Of a stretch of DNA of 64,000 nucleotides, positions 57,586-64,000 are shown in pieces. Made by a program: the position numbers and the translations under genes. This DNA is from the human T2T-CHM13v2.0 reference genome, Homo sapiens: assembly GCF_009914755.1 (NCBI RefSeq), contig NC_060925.1; one strand, 5' to 3'. Within the stretch, counting starts at the first letter, position 1; each line of letters starts with the position of its first letter. The notes beneath the pieces were generated by a model that was given only the letters and a program-made list of their open reading frames with translations, ran no database searches and was not told the DNA's origin.

Positions 57586-58993
57586 ATATCCTTCAGCAAG
57601 GAGGTCCAAGGTCCTTCAGCAAGGAGGAGATAGAGACAAGACTGTACTCAAGTCTTTTATTTTTTCCTACTTTATGATAATGCCTTTACTCCAGCATCAG
57701 AACATATTCTTCAACAGAGAAGGGAATTGTCCTCTGGGCTATTATGTTTGAAAGGTATGGAGTGGAGCAAATGTCATGGAAATTTGAAATCAAAGGAAGC
57801 TATGCCCGGAGGGTGGTTCATACCCTCTTGTGGCCTTTTCAGTCTTCTCCTGGGAACTCCAGGCTGCCTTCAGGCATCCTCAGGAGCCAGGAGAAGAGGA
57901 TGAGCTGCAGAGCCCTCAGGCTTTCCCATCAACCAGCGGAGGTGCACTTTCATCTCTTTTACACATTGAACTTTCGCTGAATGTTATTTTAGATGCTTCA
58001 GTCTCCAGCTTAAAAGCTACTGCTAAAGCAAACAAGCAAAAGAAAAACAGAATGAAGAAGTTCTGGTTGTCTTCCAAACTTCAGACAGGTAAATAATTTT
58101 CTCCAAATCACACAGCTCATAGCAATATAGAACCAGCAAGGCCATAACCCAGTTCTCCCAAGTTCCATCCCAGGGCTCTTTCTACCACACCATGATAAAT
58201 GCTACCTTCCTGAAGAAAAGAGTCATTTAAAAATCCATTACAGAAATGACAAACTGGGAGCCAGGAACAAAATCTTAAGAAAAAAGTAGGCCAAGTGCTG
58301 TATTGAGGTCTGAGAAGGCCATTTTAGCCTACTCAGGCACGATTCAATTTTTCATTTTGGCATGATTTGAGTTTTCTTCTTTCTCATGTCCAGGTACAAC
58401 TCTTTTTCAGGAAATTCACTATGGACAATTATCTGCTTGGGGAAATAAATGAGACTCTTTTTAATGGTGCTTCTTGCCTTGCTATGCAGAAAGATAAATC
58501 AGAATTTATCCCAAAAACAAATTACCAAAGACATGAAAAATGTACTTTAATATTTACACACATCCCTGGGTAAATGTAAAATAAAATATATACATAATAT
58601 GCATGGAAAATACAAGTGATCAAAATTTTAAATAAAAATATAATAAAATGCTTAATTTACTGAATACTCAGGTAATGAAATAGACATATGAATATAATTT
58701 TCTAGTGAACTGAAACAACAAAAATTGATTATTTCAGCCCTCACAAAAGTTTTTAGTGTAATTTTCCTCATTCTTAAAAATAACTATAATACTCCTAATG
58801 TAGATTATTTGACAATTTAGAATATTACGGTGCTTTTGGATCATCATTCTGAATATGAATTCTCATTGAGTTCTTATAAGGTGAAGGAAACTGGACTTAA
58901 TAAAGCTGACTCCAAAAGGATATTTTAATTTCAAAAATGTCTAAAATTTTCTCCTTAAAAATTTTAATTACTTTTATATCTGGCTATGACACA

Positions 58994-59268
58994 ATAATGT
59001 ATGTTGTATGTCTGTAAGTCTTGAAGTACCCCAAAGACGTTCTCCACTCAATGATCCTTACTTTAGTAGTTAATCCTCCTGATCATCTTCTCATATTTTC
59101 TTCCTTCATCTAATAATCTGCTTTTCATGCTTATTAATAAAAGCCAACACTTGAATAGCATTTGATGGTTTACCAAGCATGTTCATGTAATATTAACATT
59201 TAAATTGTGAAGTGGATTTCATTTATGTCCCCATTTTGCAGAACAGAAGCTGATGTTGAGAGAGGTAA
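58994..59268 (+). repeat. 275-bp direct repeat, copy 2
   Basis: Offset 1683 bp from copy 1; 4 substitutions, no indels. Confidence 0.97.
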
Positions 59269-59274
59269 TGATAT

Positions 59275-59865
59275 TTGAATTACTGCCTGCTCCACAACCC
59301 CCACAGTAAAAAAACTAGAAAACTGGACAAAACATTGAACAACTCTTTTCAGACATTGGGTAATAGGCAGAGCAAGGTTGTGACCCCCTAAGAAAAGGAA
59401 AACAAATGAGATTATTTCTATAATTGCCCTAGATTTCTGACTGGAGTCACTTTTCATACAGTGGCAAAAGTAAGATGGACCCAAACAGAGCACAGAGGTG
59501 TCACTGAATTATGCAGTCAGAAATCAGAGTTCAAGAAAGATGAAGCAGTTGGAATTTGGGGGTCACTGCAGGAGAGGAAAGAGTTGCCCAGAGTAATAGC
59601 TGCAGAAATTTGCATAGGAATCCACTGTGTCTTTTTTAAGAAAATACTATGCTACATGATCATATGATGGAATTATACTGGAATAATCAGAGACTACAGG
59701 CACTATAAGACAGATAATTCTCAGACCTGAAACAGGGCTGGGAAATGTTCAAGCTCTCACTAGCTTGGTAGAGAGATCTCTGAGCAACTGAAACATTCAG
59801 TAGAGAACCTAGAAGGATCACTTTTTAATAGTAGGACTAAACCAAAACTAGAGTAAATGCTGCTA
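59275..59865 (+). mobile_element. Ancient L1M (MC/MD-like) 5' region fragment
   Basis: 'aaaactagaaaactggacaaaa...ttttcagacattgg' and 'agtaggactaaacc...tagagtaaatgct' resemble old L1M 5' ends. Confidence 0.5.
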
Positions 59866-59867
59866 CA

Positions 59868-62800
59868 GTACTATGTTGAATAGAAGTGGTAAGAATGGAC
59901 AACTTGTTTTATTTCAGTTCTTAGGGGGAGTTCTTTCAACTTTTCCCCATCCAGTATGATGTTGGCTATGGGTTTGTCATATATTGCTCTTGTTATTTTG
60001 AGTTATGTTCCTTCGATGCCTAGTTTGTTGGAAGTTTTTATTATGAAGGGAGGTTGTATTTTATTGAATGCTTTTTCTGCTTCTATTGAGATGATCATAT
60101 TTTTGTTTTTAATTCTGTTTATGTGGTAAATGACAACTATTGGTTTGCATATGTTGAGCCATCCTTGCATCCCTGGAATAGAACCCATTTGATCATGATG
60201 TATTATTCTTTTGATGTGCTATTGAATTTGGTTTGCTAGTATTGTTTTTGAGAATTTTTGCACCTATGTTCATCAGGGATATTGGCCTGTAGTTATATTT
60301 TCTCGTTTGCCCTTGCCTGATTTTTGGTATCAGGGTGACTCTGGTTTTGCAGAATGAATTAGAGAGGAATCCCTTTTCTTTGATTTTTTGGAATAGTTTC
60401 AGAAAGTGATACCAGCTCTTCTTTGCAATATCTGGTAAAATTCTGCTGTAAATTCACCTGGTCCTGAGCTTTTTATATTGGAAGATTTTTTTATTATTGA
60501 TTCTATCTCATTATTTCTTATTGTTCTGTTCAGGATTTGTATTTCTTCCTCGTCCTATCTTGGGAGCTTATATGTTTCCAGGAATTTATCCATTTCCTCT
60601 ATGTTTTCTAGAGAATTTCATAGTAATCTCTGATAATCTTTTGAATTCTGCTCTGATCTTTATTATTTCTTTTCTTCTGCTAGTTTTGAGTTTGGTTTGT
60701 TCTTATTTTTCTAGTTCCTTCAGGTTTGATGTTAGGTAGTTAATTTGAGATCTTTCTTTTTATGTGGGCATTTAATGCTATAAACTTTCCTTTTAGCATT
60801 GCTTTTGCTGTATCCCAGAGGTTTTGGTGTATTGTGTCTCTGTTTTCATTTGTTTAATATAAAATTTTAGCTTTTTCTTTAATTTTGTTGTTTCCTGAAA
60901 AGTCAAGAGCAAGTTGTTTAGCTTCCATGTACTTGTATAGTTTTGAGAGTTTTTCTTGGTATTGATTTCTAATTTTATTCCACTGTGGTCTAAGAGGGAG
61001 ACTTGATATGATTTTGACTTTTTTGAATTTGATTAGACTTACTTTATGGTCAAGCATCTAGTCAATTTTGGAGAATATTCCAGGCACATACAATAAAAAT
61101 GTATACTCTGTGGTTTGGGGGTACAATATTCTGTAGGTGTCTATCGGCTCCATTTGGTTTGGAGTCTTGTTTAAGTCTAGAGTTTCTTTGTTGATTTTCT
61201 GCCTTGATGATCTCTCTAGTGCTATCAGTTGGGTCCTAACACCCCCCACTATTATTGTTTTGCTGTCTACCTCATTTCTTCGGTCTGTAGTATTTGTTTT
61301 AAGAATATAGGTGCTCCAGTGTTGGGTCATATATATATTTAGGCGGTTAAATCTTCTTGTTGTATTGAACTCCTTATTATTAAGTAATACCTTTCTTTGT
61401 CTTTTTAAAATTGTTGTTGGTTTAAAGTCTCTTTTATCTGATATCAGAATAGCTACTCCTGCTCACTTTGGTTTTCTATTTCTGTGATATTTTTCTATCC
61501 CTTTTCTCTGAGTCAGTAGTAGACCTTACCTGTTAGGTCTCCTGTAGTCAGCAGAGGGTTTCATCTGGGTTTTTGCAAATCCAGTTTGCCAGTGGGTCTC
61601 TTTTAAGTTGGGCATTTAGGCCATTTACGTTGAAAGTTAATATTGGTATGTGAGGTTTTTTTCTGGTCATAGTGTTGTTAGCCAGTTGCTTTGTCTTCTC
61701 AATTGTGTAATTACTTTATTGGATCTGTGAGTTTTGTGCCTCTATGATGTGAGTATCATCCTTTCATTTCCATGTTTAGAACTCCTTTAAGCATTTCTTG
61801 TAGGGTTAGTCTAGTGGTTATGAATGCCCATAGCACTCAATTATCTAGGAAATACTTTACTTCTTCATTTATGAAGCTAAGTTTGGGAGGATATAAAATT
61901 CTTGGCTGGCTTTTTTTTCTTTTTGTTTTCTTTAAGAAAGCTAAAGAGCAGCTCCTATCTCTTCTGGGTTGTAAGGTGTCTGCTGAGAAGTCTGCTTTTA
62001 GTCTGATGAGGTTTTCTTTATAGGTGATTTGACACCTCTCTCTAACTGCCTTTAAGATTTTTTTCTTTCAAATTGACCTTAGTCTGATAACTATATGCCT
62101 TGGTGATGTTCATCTTATATAGTATTTTCTAGGTGTTGTTTGAATTTCTTGTATCTGGGTGTCTACATGTGTAGCAAGATCAGGGAAATTTTCCTAAATT
62201 ATTCCCTCAAATATGTTTTCCAAATTTTTTACTTCTTTTTCTTCCTCAGGAATGCCTATCAGTTGTAGGGTTAGTCACCTCACATAATCGTATATTTCTC
62301 AAAGGGTTTATCCAGTTTTTAGAATTCTTTTTAAAATCTTTTTATTTAACTGAGTTAATTTGAAAGACTGGTCCTTAAGCCTTGAAATTCTCTCTTCTGC
62401 TTTGTGTAGTCTATTATTAAAGGTTTCAACTGTATTTTGAAATTCCTTCATTGAATTTTTTATTTCCAGAAGTTTTTTTTTTACTTTTTTAAAAAAGCAA
62501 AACAAAACAAAACAAAACAAAAAACACACATCTATCTTGTCTTTCATATCCTGAATTATTTTTCTGACCTGTGTTGTTTTCAACTTTCTCTTAGCACTTA
62601 TTGAGCTTTCTTACAATCCATATTTTGAATTCTTTTTCTGTTGTTTCAGAATTTTTATTGTTTTTGATTAGGATTCATTGCCATGGAGCTAGTGTGATCC
62701 TTTGGGGGTGTTGAAACATTCTGTCCTTTGGTACTGCCAGAAAGCTTGTGCTGATTCCTTCTCATCTGTAAAAGCTATCACTTTTTCTTTTTGAAATTTC

Positions 62801-64000
62801 TATCATTTGGATGAGACTTGTAAATTTTTTATTCTTTTCTCTCTTGGGGGTATAACTGCAGTGTATGTTGTGTATGACCATTTGGCTACTGTTTTGGATG
62901 CTTTCAGGGGGCCAAGCTCTGTATGGATTCCTTGGTTATAGATAGCTTTTTTATGGTAGCAGATCATATGATCTGACTCACTATCTTCCGTGGGGCTGGA
63001 AGTGCAGAGGTCTCAGAAAGCTTATCTTGTATGCTGACAGGTTTTTACTTGGTGATGCAGCTTGATATCTAATCCAGTAGGTGGTGCTTAAGAGTAAAAG
63101 CTGGCTCACTCTTGGGCACCCTGATGAAGAGTGGAAGCACCTACCCTGATGAAGGTGGCAGGGGGAATTTACGGTGGGATTTACTGAGGTCTCAGGTGGC
63201 TGCACCAGCTCCCCATCCTAGGCAGGTAGGGATGCAATCCAGTTCCCTATCACCTCCCTGTCACAGAGTTTGTGACCTTCAGTTCACATTGACAGTGTCC
63301 TTTATCTCCAGGCTGCATTACGACTGAGGTTCACAGGAAATTCCCATCTGGCGGCTTACTGCAGAAATGATCTCTGGGCGGAACCTCTTCCCCCAGCCCA
63401 GAATAGATAGCTCTGTGGCTGGTCCACTCTCTGTTCCAGGGACATTGCAGCTATATGTTGGGAAGGAAAGATGAGCCATACCCTTGTGTGAACCTGTGCA
63501 GCAGGGACACTTTCAGCAGGGATGCAGATGCTGAGAATAGCACTGGAAAGGCTGTCTCTAAGTGCATGTACAACAGCCCCCAGTTGTGTGGGAGGTGGGG
63601 AGGGGCAGTAGGAGGTGACCCCCTCTCTACATTTGTTCCTAGCCACTGGTGCTGCCTATCAACTGGGGTGCCACTGTCCCCCACCTTCAGAGATCACCAT
63701 TTCCTTTGTTCCAAGGGGTGCTTTGGTGCCCCTTCCCCTAGGGGCAGCTCATGCTGAGGGCTAGATCTCCAGGGATCCTGTAGTTCACCAAGAACCTACC
63801 GATCCTCTGTGGCTGCCAGAATCAGAGCAGATTCTGGGTTATGTTTATGGGGTATTTGGTGATGCAGCAATACAAGGGCTGAGAATCCCTGGGCCCGGTA
63901 ATGGTCCACAATAGATGCACAACCACTTTGGTGCCAGCTGCCTCTGTTTGGATTTGGGGTGAGTGTGAGTGCACCTGCACAAATTTGCTTCCCGGTGCTC
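59868..64000 (-). mobile_element. Old LINE-1 (L1PB/L1MA-type): ORF2 N-terminal half, ORF1 and 5' UTR, continuing past the window end
   Basis: Degenerate ORF2 peptides ([12 protein letters not shown].., [14 protein letters not shown]), ORF1 coiled coil at 62308-62583, GC-rich 5' UTR after ~62900. Confidence 0.88.

Overview
Human (primate) genomic DNA, not microbial. The first ~5 kb hold the last three coding exons of PTBP2 (nPTB, + strand; C-terminal RRM3 to RRM4, ending ...[10 protein letters not shown]) and its proximal 3' UTR. A longer 3' UTR may run to ~13.85 kb. The remaining ~50 kb is gene-free and repeat-rich: Alus, MIR/L2 relics, DNA-transposon MITEs (Tigger4a, MER5, MADE1, MER20, MER58), MaLR LTRs including a complete THE1 provirus, a full-length but mutated L1PA3-type LINE-1 nested in an older L1MA-type element, and another old L1 at the right end. 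Nearly all ORFs in the supplied track are repeat-derived or spurious. I see no new multi-gene system. The best leads are: (i) PTBP2 post-transcriptional control elements (NAGNAG acceptor, packed miR-223/133/9/124 seed cluster, CU-rich tract just after the proximal poly(A) signal, candidate poison exon); (ii) near-perfect inverted repeats of 18, 20 and 28 bp; (iii) a recent 275-bp non-tandem local duplication; (iv) an L1 retaining the ZNF93-target 5' UTR segment. Repeat subfamilies were called from recalled consensus sequences, not from a RepeatMasker run.
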